A program made the translations under genes and the position numbers. Shown here one piece after another: positions 8,517 to 18,004 of a stretch of DNA of 64,000 bases; the first letter of the stretch is position 1, and the number at the start of each line of letters is the position of its first letter. The stretch is taken from contig JAJRZV010000025.1 of assembly GCA_024275095.1 (NCBI GenBank), forward strand, positions 599 through 64,598, in the 5' to 3' direction. The notes beneath the pieces were generated by a model. That model did not search any database. It worked only from the letters and a program-made list of their open reading frames with translations, and had not been told where the DNA came from. Source of the DNA: a bacterium. GTDB taxonomy: Bacteria > JAJRZV01.

Positions 8517-8831
8517 GCACGTTTTTGTCTCCCTTATTTACTTTGGGACACATGCACAATAATGGTGCACGTCCCGTGGGAACATTTTCGTCTTCCTCAT
8601 GTGTTACAGATACCGAGGGTACGTACAGGGTTGCCTACGGGGCTTGCCAGGTGAGCGGCAAGGAAGAGATAAAAGCGTGGCTTGTTTTTGATCCTTCGGT
8701 GTCTGACCGGAAAATACTCCTTGTTGGAGTTCAGGAACTTTACCCCATGCCCGCAGGGAGGTACCGGTTGAACCGGTCAGACCTCTATTCATCGTGACAA
8801 TCACTATGGCACCTATTACACGGTTGTAAAC

Positions 8832-9164
8832 ATGCGTCTCATAGCAGAGGATTTTTACGAGGAGTTTGAAGCGATGCTTGGCATAAATGACATGAGTCTG
8901 CCACTTGGGGGGCTGTTTGATATTTACCATAACTGGCATCCACCTCACAATTCCCATAGAAAAGGAACAAGTGTTGATATAGACCGGTGTGCGTGGAAGG
9001 ATGGTGGGATAGAGGAAGGTGGCGTTGCTGCTGAGGATCCTTGTGGTCTTTCTCTTGGTTATCCAGGGGGATTTGTGAGGGTGGATAGGAAAGAAATAGA
9101 GAAATTATGCAACCAACGGGGTGGTAGGTTGCTTCCAGAACCCACCTGCCATTATGAATTTTAA
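8832..9164 (+). CDS. Hypothetical protein with a weak peptidase-M15-like zinc motif
   Basis: SHRKGTSVDID fits the H-x2-G-x3-D metal-binding motif of the M15 D-Ala-D-Ala peptidase fold. Otherwise there are no clear matches. Confidence 0.3.
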   Translation: MRLIAEDFYEEFEAMLGINDMSLPLGGLFDIYHNWHPPHNSHRKGTSVDIDRCAWKDGGIEEGGVAAEDPCGLSLGYPGGFVRVDRKEIEKLCNQRGGRLLPEPTCHYEF

Positions 9165-9176
9165 AGGAGGTTTATA

Positions 9177-9485
9177 ATGTTAAAGATTTTGACTTTGGCG
9201 TTATGTTTACTTGGTGTATATGGAGGTCCGTCTCCATTGAGGAATGTAAAGCTCTCGGCATCAGTCAGAATTGAAACTGCAAACGGATTTTTCATTTACG
9301 AGTACACTGTTTTCAACCCTGTTACCAGTGATGGAGAAATTTGGTCTTTTGATATATATTTACCCTACAACCCTCAAAAAGAAATGCTTCTCTCTAAGCG
9401 AGGATTCACCTATTGTTTTCGTTATCACAAGGACTCATCCCAGGACATTGCCGCTCGCACAAACAATGGTTCCTGTTGGTTTTGA
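9177..9485 (+). CDS. Hypothetical secreted protein; probably the N-terminal part of a frameshifted gene continuing in 9271..9666 and 9650..10042
   Basis: Signal peptide MLKILTLALCLLGVYGG. Three consecutive overlapping ORFs sit in three different frames. Confidence 0.4.
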   Translation: MLKILTLALCLLGVYGGPSPLRNVKLSASVRIETANGFFIYEYTVFNPVTSDGEIWSFDIYLPYNPQKEMLLSKRGFTYCFRYHKDSSQDIAARTNNGSCWF

Positions 9486-9649
9486 TGCGCCAGGGGGGTG
9501 GTCATGTGGACTTGCTATTTACGGTGCAGCTGGTTGGGGTTCTGATGAAAAGCATATGATTAAACCCGGCTCCTCTCTTTCAGGATTTATTCTTCAATCG
9601 TGCGGGCTACCTGCCATAAGAGATGCAGTAATTGAACCTGATGTAAATC

Positions 9650-10042
9650 TTGAATCTTTTGCCTGAAGAATATACTGAAAATCTTGAGAAGACAAAAGCT
9701 TTATATGAAAAAGTTAAACGGCCAGGCAAGACAGTTGGTCCCAAAGCACCACCGAAGGAGTTTGATCCTGTGGAGTTTCTTTCTTACATAATAGAACTCA
9801 AGCACGAGGCATATGAGCTTGGGTGGATAACCAATGAGGGTATATTGGAAAGTCTTGATAAGAAGCTTGAAAATGCGAGGGGGAAGACAACTCAGGAGAA
9901 GATAAGCCCGGCGATAAACATATTGAGGGCGTTTTTGCATGAGGTGGAAGCGCAGTCGTGCAGGACGTATGAGGAGGGGTGTTTGCCATGGAAACACATA
10001 ATACCTGGGGGTTATGCGTTGATGTATTTTAATGTAATGTGA
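9650..10042 (+). CDS. Hypothetical protein, possibly the C-terminal segment of the same frameshifted gene
   Basis: ORF of 130 aa with coding-like composition. It overlaps the end of ORF 9271..9666 in another frame. Confidence 0.35.
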   Translation: MNLLPEEYTENLEKTKALYEKVKRPGKTVGPKAPPKEFDPVEFLSYIIELKHEAYELGWITNEGILESLDKKLENARGKTTQEKISPAINILRAFLHEVEAQSCRTYEEGCLPWKHIIPGGYALMYFNVM

Positions 10043-10346
10043 GGTATCTTGTTGAGAACCTGGGGCAGTGAAAAAAGTGCTGGTGTCGCCAGAGATGTAA
10101 AAAATGGAGGCGGGGCTGGAAATTATGTGTCTGTCCTCAGAGCTTACCTGTACGAATGATGGCAGGTTCCTGTATTCTACTTCGCCATTCTCATCACTGC
10201 GGTTTGGGGCGAATTGTATTCTCAGGCCTGTTGGGTAATAGTTTATACTCGCACGCACTGGGCAAGATACTTTTGATAAAGAAGAGGTTTGGAAAAGGCG
10301 TATTGCGGCGCAGAAGCAGGCGGGCCCGAAATTTTTATGACGTTTT

Positions 10347-10589
10347 TTACTTTACCACCTGCTGTGAAGTGATGACGATTTCAAATCCGTAAATTTCGAT
10401 GTGATACAAATATTTCTCTGTTTCAACATCCAGGGAAACTCCCTGTTTGCTGAGCAGGTCTTCTGAATCGTAAGTATCGAGAATAACGTCGAGAATTTTT
10501 CTGACCTCCGAGAACTCTAGGTCCAGGTGGGTAATAATGTTGAAGAAATAATCTCTGTGTTTCAGAGGATAAACGTCTATTTCGCTCAT
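10347..10589 (-). CDS. Small hypothetical protein (80 aa), last gene of the PilZ cluster
   Basis: Same strand and tight spacing with the upstream PilZ gene. Confidence 0.35.
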   Translation of the reverse strand: MSEIDVYPLKHRDYFFNIITHLDLEFSEVRKILDVILDTYDSEDLLSKQGVSLDVETEKYLYHIEIYGFEIVITSQQVVK

Positions 10590-10610
10590 GGTCGCTGCTC
10601 TGGCACCATG

Positions 10611-10916
10611 TCAACGAAACAGGTGCTTGAGTATGTCCTCGATGACATCCCTGATTTCTTCTTCACTGAGCTTGAACTCTATGCCTATGCCCTTGTCGTC
10701 TGCCCCTTTCTTTGTGCCGCTCCACCGGACGGTTCCCTGGAGTTCTCGAGAAAATCCCACTGTTGGCACCTGCACGAGTATCTTCACATCCGTTCCTTCA
10801 GGCCAGAGGCGCGGTGTTTTCACAAAGAGCCCTTTTTTGGAGAAATCCACGAGAAAGTGTTCCTCCAGTTTCTCGTGTCCTTCGGGGTCTTCTACACTCA
10901 CAGCGATCTTGAGCAC
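10611..10916 (-). CDS. PilZ-domain protein (c-di-GMP receptor-like)
   Basis: 101 aa with a GIGIEF C-terminal motif like the TIGR02266-type PilZ paralogues. Adjacent to two further PilZ genes. Confidence 0.65.
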   Translation of the reverse strand: MLKIAVSVEDPEGHEKLEEHFLVDFSKKGLFVKTPRLWPEGTDVKILVQVPTVGFSRELQGTVRWSGTKKGADDKGIGIEFKLSEEEIRDVIEDILKHLFR

Positions 10917-10955
10917 TGCGCGAGGACCGGCCCGGCGGTCTGAAAGTTTTGCCCG

Positions 10956-11294
10956 TTATTTTTCAAGGGCTTCGAGGCACCTGGCAATTTTTTCGTCAAA
11001 TTCAGGTTCAGGGTCCAGGAATTCCACGCCCATGCCTGAGGGAATGCCGCAGGATCGGGCGACTTCCTCATCCACGACGTGCACAACGCGGGCGTCCGCC
11101 TCCGCAACTTCACCTGTGAGGGGAAGTGTGATAGCGACGTGTACAATGGTGCCTGGATCTTTGAGTTTTTTCGTTTTGATGAACATCCCACCCTTGGAGA
11201 TGTTTTTACCGTACTCTTCCAGAAATGCCTCCTCGTCCCGAAACCTCACTTTGAAAACCGTCTCGTAGCGTGGATGCGTTCGCCTTTCTACCAT
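10956..11294 (-). CDS. PilZ-domain protein
   Basis: RTHPRYE...NISKGGMFIKT...GMGVEF is the canonical PilZ pattern (RxxxR...D/NxSxGG). The start is taken at the internal ATG (MVERR), 1 nt downstream of the phosphoesterase stop. Confidence 0.75.
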   Translation of the reverse strand: MVERRTHPRYETVFKVRFRDEEAFLEEYGKNISKGGMFIKTKKLKDPGTIVHVAITLPLTGEVAEADARVVHVVDEEVARSCGIPSGMGVEFLDPEPEFDEKIARCLEALEK

Positions 11295-11295
11295 A

Positions 11296-12039
11296 TCACA
11301 CCCCCTTAAAAAGCCGTTGCCACAGAAAATCGGGCAACCCTGCATCTTTGATTTTTTTCGCTGCAAGGTCTATGTCGTAAAGTACACGCCGAACTTCGTA
11401 GGTTTTGTTGTCCGTGTCGTAGAGTGCATAGGCCGCTCGAGGATCACCGTCGCGGGGCTGTCCGACACTTCCAACGTTGATCACGTACAGTTGGTGTTCG
11501 TTTAACTGGAGATTTTCCGGGAAGGACCGGTCAGGATAGCCCGAGTCATCCTGTGGAGCGCTGAACACAAGCACCTGGTGCGCATGCCCGACGAATGAAG
11601 CCCTGCGCCCTTCCTGTTTGAGCCACGACATGATAAACGATGCACGAATGGGGTCTATAACGTAGTCGAAATTTTCAGGACCGAGGGGTGACCCGTGTGC
11701 AAAGACAACGTTGTTTTCCTCGTGGGTCCACTTCATGCCTCCTAACCAGTCCATGAATTCCTTTGACACGAGCTTTTGCTGGTATTCAATGGCGAAGCGG
11801 GCATTTTCAGAAAACCATTCGAGGTCCGTAATGCCTATCAGTGCAGCATCGTGATTTCCCATGATGCAGACATCTGCAATTTCTCTTACCTTTTCACAGC
11901 ACTCGTTTGGATTGGCACCATAACCCACGACGTCACCGAGAAAAATGATTTTTTCCGGCTCCTGAGTGTTAAGATCCTCCAACACGGCATTAAGAGCCTC
12001 CAGGTTTGCATGAACATCTGAGATAATGGCAACCCTCAT
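11296..12039 (-). CDS. Metallophosphoesterase (calcineurin-like, YfcE/MJ0936-type)
   Basis: Motifs MRVAIISDVHANLEAL, GDVVGYG, GNHD and GHAHQ. Confidence 0.8.
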   Translation of the reverse strand: MRVAIISDVHANLEALNAVLEDLNTQEPEKIIFLGDVVGYGANPNECCEKVREIADVCIMGNHDAALIGITDLEWFSENARFAIEYQQKLVSKEFMDWLGGMKWTHEENNVVFAHGSPLGPENFDYVIDPIRASFIMSWLKQEGRRASFVGHAHQVLVFSAPQDDSGYPDRSFPENLQLNEHQLYVINVGSVGQPRDGDPRAAYALYDTDNKTYEVRRVLYDIDLAAKKIKDAGLPDFLWQRLFKGV

Positions 12040-12060
12040 GCTGGTCTGCTCCTCGCTTTG

Positions 12061-12777
12061 TTATGATTTTGAACCATCCATGCGCAAAAAGTACTCGACA
12101 AGCATTTGAACATCGGACGCCTCTTCCTTTTCTTCTTTTTCTTCAGCCTGGGCCTCTGTGGAGGGGATGCCCAGGAATCCCTCTTCGACACTGTAAACCG
12201 TTTCGCCACAGATGACAGATCCGGGCATGACTTCGCACCCTTCAGACTTGAGCTCATTTACAGGCTTTACCTTTCCCAGGTACCCCTTTTCATCGGAACC
12301 CTCCACAATTTCTAAAAACCGGAGTGCTTCTATCAATTTGTAACCTCTTCCCTCTTTTTTGAGAAAGAGTTCTTCCCCTCTAAATTCAGCTCGATCTTCC
12401 TCAATCAATTTCTCAAGCGTGCTCGCTCTGAAAAATACCTTGTTGGATACACCTTTAACAGAAAAAAGCTTGGCGTTTTTAAATACAGTACCTACCACCA
12501 GTGCACCGCGCATGTCCGCATAAGAAAGGTCTGAACCCGTCAGGTCCGCATTTCTCAGGTCAGCATGTCTGAGAACAGCATGGCGAAGATTGGCATTTTT
12601 TATCGATGCTCCTTTCAAATTCGCCTTTTCGAGATTTGCATAGCGAAAATTGGAACCATCCAGTTTTGCTCCAGGCAATTGAACACCTCTCAGGTCACAT
12701 CCGCGGAAATCAGATTCTGAGAGGTTCTCCCCCGCTTTCGCTTTTTCCTGCAGTTCTTTGAGGTTAACTTTCTTCAT
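12061..12777 (-). CDS. Pentapeptide-repeat protein
   Basis: Tandem A(N/D)LxxAxL repeats (ANLEKANLKGASIKNANLRHAVLRHADLRNADLTGSDLSYADM). Confidence 0.8.
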   Translation of the reverse strand: MKKVNLKELQEKAKAGENLSESDFRGCDLRGVQLPGAKLDGSNFRYANLEKANLKGASIKNANLRHAVLRHADLRNADLTGSDLSYADMRGALVVGTVFKNAKLFSVKGVSNKVFFRASTLEKLIEEDRAEFRGEELFLKKEGRGYKLIEALRFLEIVEGSDEKGYLGKVKPVNELKSEGCEVMPGSVICGETVYSVEEGFLGIPSTEAQAEEKEEKEEASDVQMLVEYFLRMDGSKS

Positions 12778-13153
12778 AAGACTTCAACAGCTCATCGAGA
12801 GCTTTTCGTGCTTCCTCAGGAAGAGCCTGAAATTGAATGCCCAGTCCCTGTTTTTCCTTTCCGCTCTCCGTTTCCACCCATACAACCCTGGCGTCGACCT
12901 CAAACATGTCCACACTGGTGGGAAGGGTAAAACGCAGTTTTACAGTTTCTCCTTTTTCCAGTGGTTCAACTGAGAAAGGTATGAACATTCCTCCCGCGCT
13001 GATATCGCCGGAGTGGGCTTCTCCGGATATTTCAAAGTAAGCGTCTTCTACCACGAGATCGAGGGTTCGTGACAATCCTTTTTTATGAATAGAAGTAACA
13101 GTGACCTGTACTGGAATGCGCTTGTATCTCCTGCGTTCCATAAATTGCCCCAA
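12764..13153 (-). CDS. PilZ-domain protein
   Basis: RRRYKRIP...DISAGGMFI...GLGIQF PilZ signature. It overlaps the pentapeptide gene by 14 nt. Confidence 0.75.
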   Translation of the reverse strand: MGQFMERRRYKRIPVQVTVTSIHKKGLSRTLDLVVEDAYFEISGEAHSGDISAGGMFIPFSVEPLEKGETVKLRFTLPTSVDMFEVDARVVWVETESGKEKQGLGIQFQALPEEARKALDELLKSYEES

Positions 13154-13242
13154 TCTTTAATAAAAATCATTATAATACTTCCATCCAGCCTGTGCATCTT
13201 TTCTCCTGAAAATTCCATTTCAAGCGTCCTTTGAAGCTGAAA

Positions 13243-14715
13243 TCACAGTGGAAACAGGATGTAAGTAATAAAAATTCCTGATAAGACAGAAGTGCTCCAT
13301 GAGGCTCGAAGAGATTTTAAAATAAGCAGGGCTGCTATTCCTGTGAACAGAGGATTTAAATGAACGGCAAATGACATGTCAGGTAGAATTTCGATTATAT
13401 ATTTTATCACCACGGTCACTGTTCCGATTATCGCATCAGCAAACTGGAGCAAAATATGACCTGGAAGATTTGAGCCTCCCATTGCGTTACCTGCCATGGC
13501 AACAGGAATTGCTGCTGTAAAGAAAGGGAGAGCCACAATGTTGGTGATCATGCCTGTGAAGTTAACTCGATTGAAGTGGTAGGCAGTAAAAGGGATGGTG
13601 AAAAGTATTGCGAAAGCGGAGACACCTGTAAGAGTGAAAATGCGTGAGAGTACCCCGGCCTTCTTGAGAATGTGCAGGCGTTTTTTCAGGTTGAAGAAAC
13701 AGATAATTCCTGCAAAAGCAGCAAAAGAGAGTTGAAAGGAAACCGAGTAGAGTTCCATTGGGTGAAACGCAAGTATCAAAAGCCCTGCTAAAGCCAGGAC
13801 TTCCAGTGTGTTCACGGGTATGGCCACAAGCTCAGCGGTTATGAACACCAGGAGCAGGATAAATGCACGTGTGGCTGATACCGGATATCCAGTGCCGGCG
13901 AGATAAGCAGCACACACGAAAAGCGATAGCAGTGAAGCTCCGTAGAGGAGGTTTCGATTGGTGATGCTTTTTTGACGCGAGAGTCGCATGAAGAGGATGC
14001 CTGTCAACGCGAACACATACCGACATGCCAGGTAAAGCACGTACATATGAAAGCCTGATATGGCAAGTATGTGCGCGATACCAGCACGCCGGTAAAGTTC
14101 TCCGGTGCTCTTGTCTATTGCCCATCGTTCGCCTCGTATAATAGCCCGAATAATACCCGGGTGACGAAGTGTGCCTGAAAAAAAAGACGAGGTAGAAGTC
14201 GGTCCCGACGTTTCAATAAGGTGTGAATTTTTACATCGGAACCTGTAGCCACTGGCAGCCAGATACGCCTGAAATCCTTTATCTTCAATTTTCAGTAATT
14301 TGAGGCTGCATTGAATAATTGAGAGGGAAGCAAGGGGTTTTCTGCTCTCTACCAGGAGATTTCCTTCGCCAGGAATTTTCAGCCCTTCTGATACAACCCA
14401 CCAGTTCCCTTCACGAACCCGGTAATATTTGCGGCCAAGATGCCTGCCCTCCATGGCCAGCACTATGGTGCGTGATTGCTTGTGCAGAGGATGTTTTGAC
14501 TGCATTTGCATGTTTACATACCCGTTGATGTATCCGAAACACCAGACAAGCATGAAAAACAGCAATTCGGAAACTTTCCTGTTTCCCAGATGTGTTGACA
14601 GAACAACGCCTGTTATTGCGGTGACAGGAGACCCGCGTGAGGCGAGCAAACCCGTTATGTATGCCAGAAAGGAAAAGAAATACCGCCTGGAATGAAAGGC
14701 ATCGCTGTCGTGCAA
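13243..14715 (-). CDS. ComEC/Rec2-family membrane protein (competence domain only, no metallo-beta-lactamase domain)
   Basis: Polytopic membrane protein with the hallmark AHILAISGFHM motif of the ComEC competence domain. At 490 aa it is shorter than canonical ComEC. Confidence 0.65.
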   Translation of the reverse strand: MHDSDAFHSRRYFFSFLAYITGLLASRGSPVTAITGVVLSTHLGNRKVSELLFFMLVWCFGYINGYVNMQMQSKHPLHKQSRTIVLAMEGRHLGRKYYRVREGNWWVVSEGLKIPGEGNLLVESRKPLASLSIIQCSLKLLKIEDKGFQAYLAASGYRFRCKNSHLIETSGPTSTSSFFSGTLRHPGIIRAIIRGERWAIDKSTGELYRRAGIAHILAISGFHMYVLYLACRYVFALTGILFMRLSRQKSITNRNLLYGASLLSLFVCAAYLAGTGYPVSATRAFILLLVFITAELVAIPVNTLEVLALAGLLILAFHPMELYSVSFQLSFAAFAGIICFFNLKKRLHILKKAGVLSRIFTLTGVSAFAILFTIPFTAYHFNRVNFTGMITNIVALPFFTAAIPVAMAGNAMGGSNLPGHILLQFADAIIGTVTVVIKYIIEILPDMSFAVHLNPLFTGIAALLILKSLRASWSTSVLSGIFITYILFPL

Positions 14716-14724
14716 TTTTGTGTA

Positions 14725-16002
14725 TTAATGAATTTGGGCAGATTTGCTCCCTGTCTGCAGGGTTTTTGCGAAAACACCCCAGGCTTTGATAAGTTCGTAG
14801 GCCTTTTCGACCACCCTGTCTTTCCTCACGCGTTCTTCGAAACTCATTTTCATGAAGTCCTCGATACTCATGCGACTGTTTTCATCAGGTCGTGCTTCAA
14901 TATCGGGCTTGATGCCTTTTCCGTGAATGAGTTCTCCTGAGGGTGTGTAGTAATAGGCTGTGGTAAGTCGTACCGCAGCACCGTCTTCAAGCGGAAATAT
15001 TGTCTGGACAGATGCTTTGCCAAAGGTTTTTTCTCCCATAATAAGTGCCCTGTGATTATCGCGCAGTGCTCCAGCCACAATTTCGGAAGCGCTGGCGCTG
15101 CCTCGATTGACCAGAACAATCAAGGGAAAATCTCCTTCAAATCCGTCGTCTCGGGCTTCGAAAACGTTTTTCACACCCTCCCTGTCTTTGGTATAGACGA
15201 TGGTACCCTCACGTAAAAAGTCGTCGGCCACACGAATCGCCTCTTCCAGCAACCCTCCTAGATTGTTGCGCAGGTCAAGAATAACGCCCGCTATCTTTCC
15301 GTTGTTTGTGCTGTTTAGTAATTTATGTTTTTTAAGAATATTGAGTATTTCACGAGCAGCGTTTTCCTGAAATTGTTTAAGGCGAATGTATAACACGTCA
15401 TCGAGTTGAACGCTTTTTGTCGCCTTGATGTGGATGATGTCCCGGACAATTTCCACCTTAAACGGCTTGGACTTTCCCTCCCTCATAATTGTGAGAACGA
15501 CCTTGGTACCCTTTGGACCCCGCATGAGTTTCACTGCTTCCGATAGCGTCATATCTTTGGTGGATTTACCGTCAATTTCCACAATCATATCTCCTGCTTG
15601 AATACCCGCACGATAAGCGGGAGTGTCTTCTATGGGTGCCACGACGGTGAGAATTCCGTTGTGAATGGTGATTTCTATGCCCAGGCCGCCGTATTGACCC
15701 TTGGTTTCAATTTGCATTTCTTTGAACTCGTCTTTGCTCAAATAAGAGGAATAGGGGTCCAGACTCATGAGCATGCCCCGGATGGCCCCTTCTATGAGAG
15801 TATCTTCGTTTTTTTCTTCTACGTAGTTTTCTCGTATAATTTTCATTACTCGGGTAAACTTTTTTAGCTCCGCATATACTTCACTGTGATCTTCTTCCAC
15901 CCGCGCGAGAAGGGTAATATTAGCAATTATGAACCCTGTCAGCACTGCTGCAACAAGAGAATAAAAAATAATTTTTGCTTTCTTTTTTGTTTGTTCTTTC
16001 AT
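14725..16002 (-). CDS. ctpA: Carboxyl-terminal processing protease (S41, PDZ-containing)
   Basis: PDZ region and S41 motifs (GVILDLRNNLGG, RGSASASEIVAGAL). Start chosen at the internal ATG (MKEQTKKKAK...) preceding the TM segment. Confidence 0.85.
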   Translation of the reverse strand: MKEQTKKKAKIIFYSLVAAVLTGFIIANITLLARVEEDHSEVYAELKKFTRVMKIIRENYVEEKNEDTLIEGAIRGMLMSLDPYSSYLSKDEFKEMQIETKGQYGGLGIEITIHNGILTVVAPIEDTPAYRAGIQAGDMIVEIDGKSTKDMTLSEAVKLMRGPKGTKVVLTIMREGKSKPFKVEIVRDIIHIKATKSVQLDDVLYIRLKQFQENAAREILNILKKHKLLNSTNNGKIAGVILDLRNNLGGLLEEAIRVADDFLREGTIVYTKDREGVKNVFEARDDGFEGDFPLIVLVNRGSASASEIVAGALRDNHRALIMGEKTFGKASVQTIFPLEDGAAVRLTTAYYYTPSGELIHGKGIKPDIEARPDENSRMSIEDFMKMSFEERVRKDRVVEKAYELIKAWGVFAKTLQTGSKSAQIH

Positions 16003-16112
16003 TTTGTTATCACCTGTAAAAATATTTATTCTCAAAATCATTTTATCTCTCAGCAAGAACTTTTGCAATGAAAGGAAGGGCGTAAGTTGCCCTTTTAATC
16101 TCAATTTTTGCC

Positions 16113-17150
16113 TTAGCGCGTTTGATTCAGGTGCCTGAGTACTTCTTCTACGGGCAGGGGTGTTTCACCCCTTCGGACCTCGAAGTACAGGGCATCCTCT
16201 GCAATAATACCGGTTGCTCCAATACGGCCGATCACATCCCCTGGCTCCACTTTTGTGCCTGTGTCCACATTTACTTCATCGAGATGTGCGTATATATAGT
16301 TATACCCGTCTTTTCCGAGCACGATCACCACATTTCCCAGACCTCTGAGCCAGCCTGTGAAGGCAACCTCACCAGGTGCCGAGGAAAGTGCACGGGCTCC
16401 GTTTTTTAAAGAATAAAAGATAAGTCCGCGCCCCTTTCGTTCTACTCGAGAGATTCCTCCTTCCACAGGAGAATGCCACACGGAACCCTTTGACTTTGAA
16501 ATCGGGCTCTTTTTCCTTATCAGGGGAATTTTTTGTGTGTGGACGTATGCATCGGTGTGTTTGGCCAGTTCATATGCGCGGATTCGCCGGGCCTCCGCCC
16601 TTTTTTCCTTTTTCAGCTCTTCGAGATTTTCAAGGAGTCTTAACAATTTTTCTTTGCGCTTGAGAGCCCGAGCCTGAAGGTTTTTTAACCTCCGGGAGGC
16701 CCGGGCGACCCTTTCGGCTTCCTGCTTGAGACGAGACAATTTTTCGGCGGCAAGGGCATGCAAAGAACTCAGAATTTTTACTTTTATCCGCGCTTCGTTG
16801 ATGTCCATAACGCCTGTGAAAGCCGCAGCTCGCAGAAAATTAAGGCGCTGAGACCCTGAGATTAAAAGGGGAATGTACACTTCCGCCGCGTTTTTAAGTT
16901 GTTTGTGGGCTTGTTTCACCTGCTCCAAACGTTCGCGTGCCCTTTTTTCTTGTTGTTTAAGTTCTTCGATGTGTTTTTCGACGAGACGTACTTCTTCCTT
17001 TATCTGAACGATGCGTTTGTTGAGCTGATCTATACTTTTCAAAAGACGGTTTAACGTGTTTTTTGGAGAGGCAGGTGCTGATCCGGGAGGAGACAGGATT
17101 GTTATGAGCGTCCCGATTATCAGAAGCGTCGTGCCACCTCTTCCGTTCAC
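16113..17150 (-). CDS. envC: EnvC-like murein hydrolase activator / M23 peptidase with a coiled-coil N-terminus
   Basis: Long coiled-coil followed by an M23/LytM domain (YNYIYAHLDEV...GDVIGRIGATG). Located downstream of ftsEX. Confidence 0.8.
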   Translation of the reverse strand: MNGRGGTTLLIIGTLITILSPPGSAPASPKNTLNRLLKSIDQLNKRIVQIKEEVRLVEKHIEELKQQEKRARERLEQVKQAHKQLKNAAEVYIPLLISGSQRLNFLRAAAFTGVMDINEARIKVKILSSLHALAAEKLSRLKQEAERVARASRRLKNLQARALKRKEKLLRLLENLEELKKEKRAEARRIRAYELAKHTDAYVHTQKIPLIRKKSPISKSKGSVWHSPVEGGISRVERKGRGLIFYSLKNGARALSSAPGEVAFTGWLRGLGNVVIVLGKDGYNYIYAHLDEVNVDTGTKVEPGDVIGRIGATGIIAEDALYFEVRRGETPLPVEEVLRHLNQTR

Positions 17151-18004
17151 AGCATGCGCCTCAAGGTGTAGTATCCCGAGACAGCAGCAGCTCCTGTCCC
17201 TGCCAGAACAAGATATGTGTAAAATCGGAAAGGGATGCTTTTGACGCTGAGGAGCCCTCCGCCTCCGCTCGAGAATACCCCGGAACCAATGACCAGCACA
17301 TCGAAAAGATATAACCCCAGGGTGATGAACAAAAAGGTGGTATATGTGTACTTGAGGGTATACGGGAATGCAATGTACCGTCCGGTTGCTCCCACGAGTT
17401 TAAGAACTTCTATTTCCTGCTGCTGCATGAGAATGTTGGACCGAACACCGCCGGCGACGATGATAATGATGCCCACCACGAAAAGAACTGTGGTGGTGAA
17501 GGAAAGCGCCTGAATGACTCGAAGAACAGTGCCAAGGGAACGACGAACTTCTATACCGTAATCCACGTAAACGGGCTGAAAAGTGTGGTTCACAATTTTT
17601 TTGAATTGTTCGGATACTTCTTTTTCGGGTTCGAGGGTAATAGATATTACCTGCGGGATGTTCACCCCTGCTTCTCGAAATACTCTCAGCGCTTCTTTCC
17701 CCATTTCTTTCTGCAGGATTGTTTCACCGGGGATCACTTTTATGTCTTCGATCTCGGGGAGCTGAGAAAGAGTTTTTAACTGCTGGGAGGAAGGTTTTTC
17801 GTGAGTATAGACGAGAACGCTTATTCCCTTTTTTGAGGCTTGGAGAGATTCTTCAAAATTCACCAGAAAGAACATCACCATGGCCGCCGTTCCGGCAAGA
17901 ACCATCACAGTAATTGAATTGAGAAAATCAGAAAATATGGTTGCACGGTGAGCCTGGTACAGTGTTCGCCATACATAAGTGAGAAATGCGTAAAATCGTT
18001 TCAT
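17147..18004 (-). CDS. ftsX: Cell-division ABC transporter permease FtsX
   Basis: Four-TM FtsX-like topology, directly downstream of ftsE with a 4-nt overlap. Confidence 0.8.
   Translation of the reverse strand: MKRFYAFLTYVWRTLYQAHRATIFSDFLNSITVMVLAGTAAMVMFFLVNFEESLQASKKGISVLVYTHEKPSSQQLKTLSQLPEIEDIKVIPGETILQKEMGKEALRVFREAGVNIPQVISITLEPEKEVSEQFKKIVNHTFQPVYVDYGIEVRRSLGTVLRVIQALSFTTTVLFVVGIIIIVAGGVRSNILMQQQEIEVLKLVGATGRYIAFPYTLKYTYTTFLFITLGLYLFDVLVIGSGVFSSGGGGLLSVKSIPFRFYTYLVLAGTGAAAVSGYYTLRRML

Noticed and set aside
8525-8797. 90-aa ORF between the DUF190 gene and the M15-like ORF
   Set aside because: No motif, no clear RBS, and it overlaps a minus-strand ORF of similar size. It cannot be supported as a gene, though it could be a frameshifted 5' part of the M15-like gene.
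10956-11366. Longer 136-aa version of the middle PilZ gene and long 5' extensions of ctpA, tktB, hpf, the SDH-protease and the kinase ORFs
   Set aside because: The extensions overlap upstream genes, lack RBSs and add non-homologous N-termini. Internal starts with SDs (e.g. GGAGG before MGIGDLFW; GGAGGTG before the TTG of hpf) fit better.
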